NCBI GenBank assembly: GCA_034530875.2
Contig: JAVRCJ020000017.1
Coordinates: 130,930-194,929 of the forward strand
Length of the DNA stretch: 64,000 nucleotides
DNA from: Nostoc sp. DedSLP01
GTDB taxonomy: Bacteria > Cyanobacteriota > Cyanobacteriia > Cyanobacteriales > Nostocaceae
Direction of reading: 5' to 3'
In this document: positions 1 to 9,130 of the stretch, piece by piece
Position numbering within the stretch: position 1 is the first letter of the stretch
Layout of the letters: the number at the start of each line of letters is the position of its first letter
Translations under genes and position numbers: made by a program
Notes under the pieces: model-generated
What the model was told of the DNA's origin: nothing
The model's input: only the letters and a program-made list of their open reading frames with translations
Databases searched by the model: none

Positions 1-358
1 AAGTCGCACCTACCTGCTGTGAAAGCGCAAGATAAGAACCATCGTAGGCAGAGATTTTATAAGTCAAGGCAATACTAACTGCATCCGCCATCAAATCAGC
101 CGTCGAGACAACACGTAAAGGGAAGCTTTTGAGAGTTGCTAAATCTGTCTGTACTTCAGCAGCAGTGTACATCCTTGCACGGATGTACTTCAATAAAACG
201 TTAGTACACTCGATATAAAAAAGGTCTGGTACGTAAATTTCAGTCTGTGGATTGCCAAGATGATCCAAGAGTTGATTAACTTTAGTAGTTAGTGGGTCAG
301 CAATAAAATACTTGATGCACACACTGGTATCAATAACGCATCTGAGAGGATTACTCAT
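1..358 (-). CDS. PIN-domain (VapC/FitB-type) toxin, 3' end runs off the window
   Basis: Hand translation from ATG at 358: MSNPLRCVIDTSVCIKYF...FYIECTNVL...ISAYDGSYLAL. It has the PIN motifs (VIDTS, E..N, YD..YLALS) and an ATGA overlap with the upstream antitoxin stop. Confidence 0.85.
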   Translation of the reverse strand, partial: MSNPLRCVIDTSVCIKYFIADPLTTKVNQLLDHLGNPQTEIYVPDLFYIECTNVLLKYIRARMYTAAEVQTDLATLKSFPLRVVSTADLMADAVSIALTYKISAYDGSYLALSQQVGAT

Positions 359-624
359 CTATCGCGGTCTTCTCGAATTAATTCAGTACTATCAGGTAAT
401 CCAAAGTCTGCTGGATTCAAGCGACGGCGACGCTGACTACTTTCTTCTAAAAGCTTGAGTACATTTTTTCGCCTTTCCTCTTCCGTAGACTGCATTTTTG
501 CCTGCAAAGCATTCTGCAAAATTGTAATAACTTGAGCATCAATTGAATTATTTTCAGCTTTAGCTAACTCTTGCAGTTGTGCGTATAACTCATCAGGTAT
601 ATTTAGCGCATGAAGGGTAGCCAT
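355..624 (-). CDS. FitA/VapB-like RHH antitoxin
   Basis: MATLHALNIPDELYAQLQELAKAENNSIDAQVITIL is an RHH pattern, with C-terminal DSTELIREDRDR. Translationally coupled to the PIN gene. ATG 624 is preferred over 639. Confidence 0.8.
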   Translation of the reverse strand: MATLHALNIPDELYAQLQELAKAENNSIDAQVITILQNALQAKMQSTEEERRKNVLKLLEESSQRRRRLNPADFGLPDSTELIREDRDR

Positions 625-728
625 TGATTGACCTCCCAAAAGAGTTTATTGCTAATGTTAGCACGATGCAAGCAGCGAGCGACTTTAGAGGAACTGTTGA
701 CTGTTAACCGTCAACAGTCAACACTCAT

Positions 729-1109
729 CTATTTATTGAGTATTTCAATTGCTTCTTGAATCAATTGCTTACTCTTGTGAAGATTTAGCAGTCTAGTTTG
801 GTCGTAGCGTTCAGGCAGAGGCAGTAACTTACCCTCTAGCGTTGCGCGAATCAGCGCAGCTTGTTCGTCAGTAGGTTCTCCCATTTCACAAAGCATCGTG
901 CCAAGCGCTTCAGTACTTCTCCAACTAGGATTCCTTAAACCTGTTTTGTGGTCTTGGAACTGCCTAATAGCTTGTACAGCAAAAGCCAATAACGGAGTAA
1001 TCCAGCTTGTTTTATACCCTGGATTCCCTACAGGCTTGACTCCATACCGCGCAGCTAAATCTTTCAATTCTTTAAGGGTTTTGCTTTCAAGTTCAGAACG
1101 TGTAAACAT
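729..1109 (-). CDS. Hypothetical protein with Rho-N-like N-terminus
   Basis: 126 aa ORF; ELESKTLKELKDLAARYGV resembles the Rho-N/SAP helix-extended-helix motif. Confidence 0.55.
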   Translation of the reverse strand: MFTRSELESKTLKELKDLAARYGVKPVGNPGYKTSWITPLLAFAVQAIRQFQDHKTGLRNPSWRSTEALGTMLCEMGEPTDEQAALIRATLEGKLLPLPERYDQTRLLNLHKSKQLIQEAIEILNK

Positions 1110-1229
1110 AGAAATGCCTAATTTTGTAATTGGGTTTGGCAGCTACTCTAACTTGCTAGGTCTGGCTAGCTGCCAATTATAATATCGCATGAAGTCTTGC
1201 GATAAGTCAATATATAAGCCAATATTTTT

Positions 1230-1439
1230 ATGCCTAATTACGAAGAAAAACCTTATTTAAAAAAGCATCAATTTACCACTAACAGGGAAGAACCATTGAC
1301 TGCAAAAATAACTCTCAGACTTCCCCCATCAATGCTGGAAAAATTAAAAGGTCTAGATAACTACCCAGAATTTATCAGGCAAGCAATTTCTGATGCATTA
1401 AATAAGCTAGAAAATTCAAAAGACACTACAGGAGATTAA
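1230..1439 (+). CDS. Small CopG/RHH-like DNA-binding protein
   Basis: KITLRLPPSMLEKLKGLDNYPEFIRQAISDAL is an RHH-like pattern; divergent from 729..1109. Confidence 0.6.
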   Translation: MPNYEEKPYLKKHQFTTNREEPLTAKITLRLPPSMLEKLKGLDNYPEFIRQAISDALNKLENSKDTTGD

Positions 1440-1529
1440 TTTTTTAATGCGGCATTGTGTTGGGTTTCTTTCCTCAACCCAACCTACACAGATGAAGATT
1501 TTTAGGATTAACACGAAACTTAATATAAG

Positions 1530-2057
1530 TTACTTACCCTTTTTTCTCTTTCCTTTGGGTTGATACTCAACACCTCGTAGAAAGTCACCTAAATCCGAAT
1601 TCTTGCTAATATCATAATTACCGTCACCAAACTGCTCTTTTAATTGCTGTTTATATTTATCAATCTCTTGCGGTGCAGAACTATTAGATTTAATATATAC
1701 TTTTGGAATAAAGTTTAGCGATGTTCCACACTGTTTCAAGAATTTGAGGAAATATTTATATGTAGTTATAACTTGCTCTGTAGCTGTTTTTATGTGACCA
1801 CCTTTTAATTCTACAAAGCAGATTATTCTTATATTCTCTTTTGCATAGAAGACGATTAAATCACAGATTTTCATTCCTTCTCTATCTAATCCTAATAGTT
1901 GACGCAAATTACAATTAGGGTTGGATTGATTATCTATACAAAAAAAGAGAATTGTTTCACCACTAGATGGTTTGATATTTATCTCTACTCCCTTTTCTGT
2001 ATAACTTGTTTTTCCTGGTAGCAAACAACTCGATAATAATAAATTATTTAAAGGCAT
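1530..2057 (-). CDS. Hypothetical protein, putative PD-(D/E)XK nuclease partner of the ATPase
   Basis: CDLIVF...CFVELKG motif; starts 29 bp after the ATPase stop, same strand. Confidence 0.55.
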   Translation of the reverse strand: MPLNNLLLSSCLLPGKTSYTEKGVEINIKPSSGETILFFCIDNQSNPNCNLRQLLGLDREGMKICDLIVFYAKENIRIICFVELKGGHIKTATEQVITTYKYFLKFLKQCGTSLNFIPKVYIKSNSSAPQEIDKYKQQLKEQFGDGNYDISKNSDLGDFLRGVEYQPKGKRKKGK

Positions 2058-2086
2058 TCTTAAATCACTCCTAATATTAAGAGTGA

Positions 2087-3538
2087 TTATGGGAATATAT
2101 GGGAAATATCATCAGATACATTACCAAATGTACGCCAATCTATACGCCCTTCTTCATTTAAGATACTCTTAGCTGTACCATTTTCAAACACATATACAGA
2201 AACTTTTTCTTGAGGGATAAAAGCTTCTGTTTGTTCTAGATAAAATCTCTCTTTTATGCTCTCTTTATCTTGATATTTAGCCGCTTGCATCAAATTTTCC
2301 AGATGATCGACAATATAAGGGCTATGAGTTGTAATTATCACATTCAAACCTGCTTGAACTAACATTGCTAAAAATTCACTTATTTCTACTTGGGCTGCTG
2401 GATGTAGATTCATTTCTGGCTCATCAATAATTAACAACTCATCTGGTTCAGCTAGGTAGCGCAAGCAAAGAACCAAAGGAGCTAGTTCTTTAATCATCGA
2501 AGAAGCGACTGTCATCTCCAATTTTATATTTTCTACTGGCTGAAAAATTATTTCATTTCCTAATCCAGACTCATTAAAATCTATTTCACCTTGTAAAATT
2601 TTTTTTTCTAATATTTCAGCTAATTTAATATAAACTGAAATTTCGGGTGTTCTTTCTATTTCTTCCTCTCTTTCAGTTGATGTTTTTAGATACACACTAG
2701 CTAATGTTTCGATTAAACTTTGAACTGCTGCACTTTTATTTTTGAGCTTTTGTTCTGATATAATTTTATCTATATTATTTTTTTTTTGATTTTTTTCTAC
2801 TTCATCTATTTGTTCTAATTTTTTTATTTCTTTATTAAGCGAAAAGGGAAATGTTATAAAAGTATTTCTCTCTGTAGGAAAGATATAAACATAAGAATAA
2901 AAAGCTTTATGAATTATTTTAAAAATTTCTTCAACCAAAAATCTCTTAAAAGCTATCTTAGGTAATTTTTCGACAAAAGCGCTTTCAGAAATAACATAAA
3001 AATGAATATTTTCTTCGCCTACTTCTTTGAGTATATGTAAAAAATCTTTACCTTTATAACCAAAAGAAATTCTTTTTTCTAAAGCAGATTTTCTGATATT
3101 TTCAAAAATTTTATCTTTGGTTTCAGCTAAATTAAACCTTACATTCATTTTTTCAAATTTTCCAAGCTCAGTACCGAGAAAGTTTTTCATCCAGCTATGA
3201 GATGAAAGAGAAACATCATTAATATATTTTTCAGCATACTCTTTGGCAAAATTAATTAAATTAATGCGAACATTTCCTTCTTTCCAAAAATCTTCAATAG
3301 CCTTGTCTATGACTGGATATTTTTGATGAGTCTTTCCATCAATATAAATCTTTAAGTATTTTTCAAATCCATGTTTTCCTAAAATAGAGGCTAAAGTGTA
3401 TGCTGTCCAAGTTTTACCTGTGCCGTTGCCACCAATAAAGATGGTAAGAGGTTTAAAGTCAATCTCAGCTTTTTCAATAACGCCTAAGTTAAAAATTTCT
3501 ACTTTCATGCTACATTCACTTGGATTACTTATAATCAA
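2087..3538 (-). CDS. AAA_15/AAA_21 (ABC-type, AbiEii/OLD-like) ATPase
   Basis: Walker A GGNGTGKT, signature-like ASSMIKEL, Walker B LLIIDEPEMNLHP, H-loop ITTHSPY. The real start may be ATG 3508. Confidence 0.85.
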   Translation of the reverse strand: MIISNPSECSMKVEIFNLGVIEKAEIDFKPLTIFIGGNGTGKTWTAYTLASILGKHGFEKYLKIYIDGKTHQKYPVIDKAIEDFWKEGNVRINLINFAKEYAEKYINDVSLSSHSWMKNFLGTELGKFEKMNVRFNLAETKDKIFENIRKSALEKRISFGYKGKDFLHILKEVGEENIHFYVISESAFVEKLPKIAFKRFLVEEIFKIIHKAFYSYVYIFPTERNTFITFPFSLNKEIKKLEQIDEVEKNQKKNNIDKIISEQKLKNKSAAVQSLIETLASVYLKTSTEREEEIERTPEISVYIKLAEILEKKILQGEIDFNESGLGNEIIFQPVENIKLEMTVASSMIKELAPLVLCLRYLAEPDELLIIDEPEMNLHPAAQVEISEFLAMLVQAGLNVIITTHSPYIVDHLENLMQAAKYQDKESIKERFYLEQTEAFIPQEKVSVYVFENGTAKSILNEEGRIDWRTFGNVSDDISHIFP

Positions 3539-3727
3539 ATATATATTTAATCAAATCTTACAGTTGGCTGGATTACATATTTGAACGGTTATACTTGCAA
3601 TGATAGCAAGGCTCACTCTTTCCTTAAAATTAAATGCAAAATAAATAAATTTGACTAACCCTCAGTTAGTTCAACAATATGAATCTCTGAGAGTAGAAGC
3701 TCAATGCTATATTTAGAACTTTTTCAA

Positions 3728-3812
3728 CGGAGAAGGGGAGATTCGAACTCCCGGAACCTTTCGGTTCATCCGATTTCAAGTCGGACGCAATCGACCACTC
3801 TGCCACCTCTCC
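3728..3812 (-). tRNA. tRNA-Ser(TGA)
   Basis: Reverse complement GGAGAGGTGGCAGAGTGGTCGATTGCGTCCGACTTGAAATCGGATGAACCGAAAGGTTCCGGGAGTTCGAATCTCCCCTTCTCCG folds as a cloverleaf with a long variable arm and anticodon TGA. Confidence 0.95.
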
Positions 3813-3889
3813 AAATAAACTGTCGAGCTAATGGCTACGCGCATTTGTCGGTTAGCGCCAAAGCTGACAGATCATACTATATCTTATCA

Positions 3890-4819
3890 CTACGCAGGTT
3901 GCACTACTGGATGCGATCGCTCATAAAAAATTTCCTCTGACACCACCTGAAAGTCATTCCCCACCCACACTAAGGAGGCTTGCTCAACCACACCCGCCTT
4001 CAAAGAAACCAAGGAAAAATTACGCAGCTTCTCGCCGTCATTTTCTACTATCCTGGGCACAGTTGCCGCATTCAAGTAAATTGTTCCCTCTGGACTTCTA
4101 AAAACGGGTTTTCGCAGTTCTTTCTTTGTGTGCCGTAAAGTTCGGTGCATGTGACCAAATGTCACCAGGGGAATGGTCTTACCAGCAGTAACAGCCTGAG
4201 AAATCGCCTCAGCAAAATCTGGATCGCCAAAGTCGCCACCAATAGGATGCCAGTCTTTGCCGCAGGGGTCTTCTGGCCGATCGCCTAAACCACTAGGCCC
4301 GTTATGACCGAGAAAAATAATCGTTTGGTAAGCCGCGCTTTTCACAGCTTTGACGATGCGATCGGCAGATTCTTCCAAATCTGTGACACCGTAACGTTCG
4401 CGACAGATATCAGCAAATTTCCATTCCGGGCCGCCCCAAGTAAAGGGACGACCTCCGACTACAGTTAATTCCCAAGCCGGAAAATCTAATTTTCCGTAAC
4501 CGACATGGGCAGGGCCTAATAAATCGAGTTGTTCCTCTACCCAGTCTTCCTTGGAACGGTCGTAGGGGCACTTTTTGCGCCCCCATTCTGTAGCTGTGAA
4601 CCAAGCATCGTGGTTGCCCATAACTGCTGCTTTGGGAATGTCAACAGAAGCGATCGCTTTTACCACTTCCACCGACTCGTTACCAAAATCCCCAACAAAC
4701 AGCACTAGATCGACACCCAGATGCTTGAGTGCAATGCCATCTTCTACTTCCCATTGGTCGTGAACATCTCCAACTACAGCAATTTTGAGGGTTATCGAAT
4801 GAGTTTTCTGACTGGTCAT
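3890..4819 (-). CDS. devT: Metallophosphoesterase (TIGR04168 family, DevT-like)
   Basis: GDVHD, VGDFG, GNHD and FGHMH metallophosphoesterase motifs. Divergent from nadA, as I recall for Anabaena devT; the symbol is from memory. Confidence 0.7.
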   Translation of the reverse strand: MTSQKTHSITLKIAVVGDVHDQWEVEDGIALKHLGVDLVLFVGDFGNESVEVVKAIASVDIPKAAVMGNHDAWFTATEWGRKKCPYDRSKEDWVEEQLDLLGPAHVGYGKLDFPAWELTVVGGRPFTWGGPEWKFADICRERYGVTDLEESADRIVKAVKSAAYQTIIFLGHNGPSGLGDRPEDPCGKDWHPIGGDFGDPDFAEAISQAVTAGKTIPLVTFGHMHRTLRHTKKELRKPVFRSPEGTIYLNAATVPRIVENDGEKLRNFSLVSLKAGVVEQASLVWVGNDFQVVSEEIFYERSHPVVQPA

Positions 4820-4904
4820 GCCACTTTCCTTGCCGTCTATCTCCAGGATAGGAAACTCAGGCTGATTTGGACATTATCTTGTCGGAAATCAACCCCCCCA
4901 CTAT

Positions 4905-4925
4905 TTTTGGTAAAAACTACTATAA
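4905..4925. promoter_or_regulatory. NrtR operator upstream of nadA
   Basis: TTTTGGTAAAAACTACTATAA is a 21 bp imperfect palindrome resembling the site upstream of pncB (62988..63008). Confidence 0.7.
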
Positions 4926-4971
4926 TTAATGTAACAAGACTACAAATTGCAACTAAGAGCAACCCATAACT

Positions 4972-5946
4972 GTGTTTACGACTGCACTAGCTCAACGAGA
5001 ACAAACCCAACCGGGCGAACTACCATTAGATTTATTTAGCGCCATTGAAAGCCTCAAAAAAGAACTTAACGCGGTGATTCTGGCGCATTACTATCAAGAA
5101 CCGGATATTCAAGATATTGCAGACTTTATTGGCGATTCCTTACAGCTGGCAAAAGCAGCACAAAATACCAGTGCAGATGTAATCGTCTTTGCTGGCGTTC
5201 ACTTCATGGCAGAAACGGCAAAGATACTCAATCCCGATAAATTAGTACTTTTACCAGATTTGAATGCAGGTTGCTCTTTAGCAGATAGTTGTCCGCCAAA
5301 GGAATTTGCCGCTTTTAAAGCAGCGCATCCAAATCACCTAGTAGTGTCTTATATCAACTGCTCTGCTGACATTAAGGCAATGAGCGATATTATTTGTACT
5401 AGTTCCAATGCTGTCAAAATCGTACAGCAAATACCTAAAGAGCAGCCGATTATTTTTGCCCCAGACAGAAATTTAGGGCGCTACGTCATGGAACAAACTG
5501 GACGAGACTTGGTGCTGTGGCAAGGTAGCTGTGTCGTTCATGAAACCTTTTCCGAAAAGAAAATTGTCGAATTAAAGATTGCCCACCCCCAAGCAGAGGC
5601 GATCGCCCACCCAGAATGTGAAACTAGTGTATTGCGCCACGCCAGCTTTATTGGTTCCACAGCAGCTTTACTCAAACATTGTCAAAACAGTTCCTCCCAG
5701 GAATTTATCGTGGCAACGGAACCGGGAATCATTCACCAAATGCAAAAACTAGCTCCCGAAAAGCGCTTCATTCCCGCGCCGCCAATGAATAACTGCGCTT
5801 GTAACGAATGTCCCTTTATGCGCTTAAACACCCTAGAAAAGCTCTACTGGGCGATGAAAAATCGCACTCCGGAAATCACCATGTCAGAAGACATCCGCCT
5901 TGCAGCTCTGCGGCCAATGCAACGAATGCTAGAGATGAGTGTGTAG
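4972..5946 (+). CDS. nadA: Quinolinate synthase A
   Basis: [37 protein letters not shown] motifs. Confidence 0.97.
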   Translation: MFTTALAQREQTQPGELPLDLFSAIESLKKELNAVILAHYYQEPDIQDIADFIGDSLQLAKAAQNTSADVIVFAGVHFMAETAKILNPDKLVLLPDLNAGCSLADSCPPKEFAAFKAAHPNHLVVSYINCSADIKAMSDIICTSSNAVKIVQQIPKEQPIIFAPDRNLGRYVMEQTGRDLVLWQGSCVVHETFSEKKIVELKIAHPQAEAIAHPECETSVLRHASFIGSTAALLKHCQNSSSQEFIVATEPGIIHQMQKLAPEKRFIPAPPMNNCACNECPFMRLNTLEKLYWAMKNRTPEITMSEDIRLAALRPMQRMLEMSV

Positions 5947-6070
5947 TTAGCATCAGTTGTTGCAAATTGTAGAGACGTGATTTTATTGCGTCTCTAGCAA
6001 AAATTTATTTTTATTATCTACTTGAAATTTCTAAAAGCCAGTGCTATGATGTTAAATCGTGAGACAAATC

Positions 6071-6153
6071 GGGTCGGTGTCCGAGTGGTTAATGGAGACG
6101 GACTGTAAATCCGTTGGCTAGCGCCTACGCTGGTTCAAATCCAGCCCGGCCCA
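6071..6153 (+). tRNA. tRNA-Tyr(GTA)
   Basis: GGGTCGGTGTCCGAGTGGTTAATGGAGACGGACTGTAAATCCGTT...GGTTCAAATCCAGCCCGGCCCA; anticodon GTA. Confidence 0.95.
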
Positions 6154-6233
6154 CCTCTCACGATTTAATAAAGCTATAATGCAGGGTAATATTGAAAAAG
6201 CCCAAAAATATAGCTGAAAAAAAGCTGTTTTCC

Positions 6234-6305
6234 GCCCGTGTGGCTCAGTGGTAGAGCACACCCTTGGTAAGGGTGAGGTCACGAGTTCAATCCTCGTCAC
6301 GGGCT
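6234..6305 (+). tRNA. tRNA-Thr(GGT), integration site
   Basis: GCCCGTGTGGCTCAGTGGTAGAGCACACCCTTGGTAAGGGTGAGGTCACGAGTTCAATCCTCGTCACGGGCT; anticodon GGT. Confidence 0.96.
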
Positions 6306-6307
6306 TG
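6258..6307 (+). repeat. attL core (50 bp)
   Basis: ACACCCTTGGTAAGGGTGAGGTCACGAGTTCAATCCTCGTCACGGGCTTG, identical to 13213..13262. Confidence 0.95.
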
Positions 6308-6692
6308 TCCTAGAGAAATCTAGTAGTCCTAAAGCACCTTAACTTGTCCTAAGGCTGTCCTAAGCTTAAGACAGTTTAAGCCGCTTGGCAATATTGGCTC
6401 CTAGAGGTACTAGAGTACCAATGCGGTTAAGTGCAACTAAATAGCCCTTAAAATCCGCAGGATGCTTACAGGGTGGGACTTTACACCTACAACATCCACG
6501 TTCACCTCAGTTGTCCTCTGGCGATCGCACAGAGTCACTATAAGGGTTACAAGAGACTACAGGGATATCAAAAATCCCCTAGATGGTTTGTTATCTCTAA
6601 GGGATTTTAGGGGTAATCTGGGGGATTCTGGAAGATTCTGAGGGGATTACTTGATCATGGGGTAGATTTCCCTCATCATTCCCGTAGTGCGC

Positions 6693-7163
6693 CTAGTTGT
6701 CCCCGGTATCATCAGGAAGCCCCATTGATTCCTCTAGGCTTCCAATATTGAAGGTTACATGCGTCACAGGGTCAGGCTGGTTGTACTGTAGTTGATACTT
6801 CAGAAGCCCCGATGCAGTCTCAATCATTTCTCGTAGTGCCCTGGCGGTGCTTAGGTCGCCAGTGGTCTTAAAGGAATCACTCAGGACATCTACAGTATAC
6901 AAGGTGGTCTTCAGTAGCCCCTTGAGCTTATCTGAGTCCGATAAGTCATCATAGCTATTGGGGTCTACAGGGGTATTTAGGGTAGCCTTGGGTAATGTCT
7001 TGTCCTTATAGCCATAAATCTGCCTAGCTGTTACCTTATGGCCTCTGGCTACTAGCCATTTAGCGATCGCTGGTGCTGGGATGCTTTTAGCTAGCTGTGC
7101 GTCTACAGCTTCCCTGATGTCATCTGGTAGTAGCTCGACTACACAGGATTTCTTATTAGCCAT
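6693..7163 (-). CDS. DUF3486 / Mu gp27-like protein, possible terminase small subunit
   Basis: N-terminus KKSCVVELLPDDIREAVDAQL...IAKWLVARGHKVTARQIYGY resembles the gp27/DUF3486 HTH pattern; the remainder is helical. Confidence 0.5.
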   Translation of the reverse strand: MANKKSCVVELLPDDIREAVDAQLAKSIPAPAIAKWLVARGHKVTARQIYGYKDKTLPKATLNTPVDPNSYDDLSDSDKLKGLLKTTLYTVDVLSDSFKTTGDLSTARALREMIETASGLLKYQLQYNQPDPVTHVTFNIGSLEESMGLPDDTGDN

Positions 7164-7414
7164 TATTTACCCCTTAGATTTCTAATCTGTGCCCAGTACA
7201 TACTGCGCTGATCACAGGCTTTAATCCTAGATGCAGCTTGGCTTTCCTTAGTATCTTTAGATGCGTCTTGGCGCTCCTTAAAATCCCCAGATGAGGCTTG
7301 CTTGCGCCCCAATATCTCTAGTAGCCTCCGTCTTTGCTCAGGGGTTAGTTGGCGGTATAGGGATTTCTGTTTAGGATTTAGGGTTTTTAAAATAGCTAGT
7401 TGCTTAGGGGTCAT
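7163..7414 (-). CDS. Hypothetical basic protein
   Basis: 83 aa ORF whose stop overlaps the next start (TAATG); repeated (L/M)(T/N)P(K/E)Q helical units. Confidence 0.6.
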   Translation of the reverse strand: MTPKQLAILKTLNPKQKSLYRQLTPEQRRRLLEILGRKQASSGDFKERQDASKDTKESQAASRIKACDQRSMYWAQIRNLRGK

Positions 7415-7535
7415 CGGGGTATCCTTTGGTCTTTGGCGTTGTCTGTATACTTATTTAGTCCTGGGTGATTGGTATCCTTGACCTCAGTTATTTACCAGAA
7501 TAGACTGAGATGAGTAATATTAGATACCAGTAAAG

Positions 7536-8036
7536 TTGATGCTAAATAACCTCATAAAGTTGATTAAGAAGAACCCTAGAGAAGCGGTAGTTATATTAAT
7601 AATCTTATTGATTCTGTATTCAGGGGCACATCAGCCCCCCAACCAGTCACAGGGACAAGCCCAAACTCAAGCCCAGGTCAGTGATCCGACCGATTATGTG
7701 GATGATGAACCCTTTGATAGTAGCGAGTGTAAGGTTTATTATGCTGGTGTGTTATTGGGCGCTAATGTATTCCGATTCCGTCATGGCTCCAGTGGGACAT
7801 ACCTAATGTTTACAGATAGCGATCAGTTGGTAAATAAGGCTCAAAACAGAGGTATAGATATTTGGCTGGCTAGATCGGATTTCCTAAATATGCTAGGTAG
7901 TGACCTAATGCAGCAGATGGAGCCAGAAGTTAGGGAGGTATTTGCTAGAAGACTAGATGGCGCTAGTTATGTGGCTGTAGTGGATGATAGCTTGATTACT
8001 AGAGCGAGTGGTGCTGCTAATGATTGTGTAAGGTAG
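7536..8036 (+). CDS. Hypothetical membrane-anchored protein (element cargo)
   Basis: N-terminal hydrophobic helix AVVILIILLILY, Gln-rich linker, then a globular domain. Confidence 0.6.
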   Translation: MMLNNLIKLIKKNPREAVVILIILLILYSGAHQPPNQSQGQAQTQAQVSDPTDYVDDEPFDSSECKVYYAGVLLGANVFRFRHGSSGTYLMFTDSDQLVNKAQNRGIDIWLARSDFLNMLGSDLMQQMEPEVREVFARRLDGASYVAVVDDSLITRASGAANDCVR

Positions 8037-8118
8037 GGCTTTACAGATTAAGCCCTCGGTGATTATCTAGAGGGATGCCGGACGCAGAGGGGCTATCTAG
8101 CCCCATCCTGATTATCTG

Positions 8119-9006
8119 TTAGGCAACTCCGGTGGATATAGCCGCATAATCTATCTTTCTGAAGTATCCTGTTTGATTCCAAATGCTATTATCCTGCTTG
8201 ATAAAGTGTGTCCATACTCCCTCAATACAGATGTCTAGTACTGTTCGGTTAACCAGATCTTTGTAATCTATGCCAAAGGTTTTATGTAGGTACTCTGAGG
8301 TAATGCCCGGTGTCCAATCTTCTACTAACTCTTCATCTTCGCCGTTTCGGTACTTATAGGGATCTTTACCTCTACCATTGTTAGCCTTAACTTCCTCTTC
8401 CTCTGTGTCCCAGGTTTCCGGGTCATACCCATAGGTTGTACCCAGTGGACTCATAAAGTAACCCTCTGGGCTAAGTGTTAAATCCCCTAGATCCGTCTCG
8501 ATAATCCAGAAGGACATTCTACCTGTCTTTGTTTTACCCTCTTTGGTTATGATACCTAGATCAGGGTGGTATCTATACTTATCTTTTCGCTTGTTATCAT
8601 CTTTACTCCAGTATTGCTCAATACACTTACTGGTTAATAATATTGAGTACCTAACAGTTGACTGCTTAGTTACCTCTTGCCCTGGCTTAAACTGATGCTC
8701 TGGCTCATCTTTTTTCTTGGTTAGTTCTTCCCTGATGGCTCTGTTTTCTTCGCTAAGTTTATGGATCTGAGCCTGTAGCATATCCAGTGCGTTCTGGGTA
8801 TCCAAGGCTACCTCTGTGATTGGTCTGTTGCCCTCTAGTTGTTCTTTGACTTGCTGTGCAGCATCTAAGGACTGGTAAACCTTGCCAGATAATGAATCCC
8901 TAATCGCATCTATGATGAACTGGTGCTTACTTGTGCCAGTTGTTTGTATAACGGCCTTGATCTGTTGTTCTAGTTCTTCAGTTAATCTAAGAGTCATGTT
9001 AGCCAT
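8119..9006 (-). CDS. RHH + coiled-coil + unknown C-terminal domain protein
   Basis: MANMTLRLTEELEQQIKAVIQTTGTSKHQFIIDAIRDSL is an RHH pattern. ATG 9006 has a GGA-rich RBS; the ORF track starts at 9024. Confidence 0.7.
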   Translation of the reverse strand: MANMTLRLTEELEQQIKAVIQTTGTSKHQFIIDAIRDSLSGKVYQSLDAAQQVKEQLEGNRPITEVALDTQNALDMLQAQIHKLSEENRAIREELTKKKDEPEHQFKPGQEVTKQSTVRYSILLTSKCIEQYWSKDDNKRKDKYRYHPDLGIITKEGKTKTGRMSFWIIETDLGDLTLSPEGYFMSPLGTTYGYDPETWDTEEEEVKANNGRGKDPYKYRNGEDEELVEDWTPGITSEYLHKTFGIDYKDLVNRTVLDICIEGVWTHFIKQDNSIWNQTGYFRKIDYAAISTGVA

Positions 9007-9130
9007 TTTCTTCCTATCCCCCACTTATATTTAGTATGATACCATGATACCATGTTATATATAATCTGTCAGATTTGGGGCGATCGCTAAGATTGGCTGT
9101 GAAACCCTTACCACGCTTAGGTTTTTACTT

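Noticed and set aside
3704..3940. 78 aa ORF here, and the 60 aa ORF at 6118..6300
   Set aside because: Both are antisense readings of tRNA genes.
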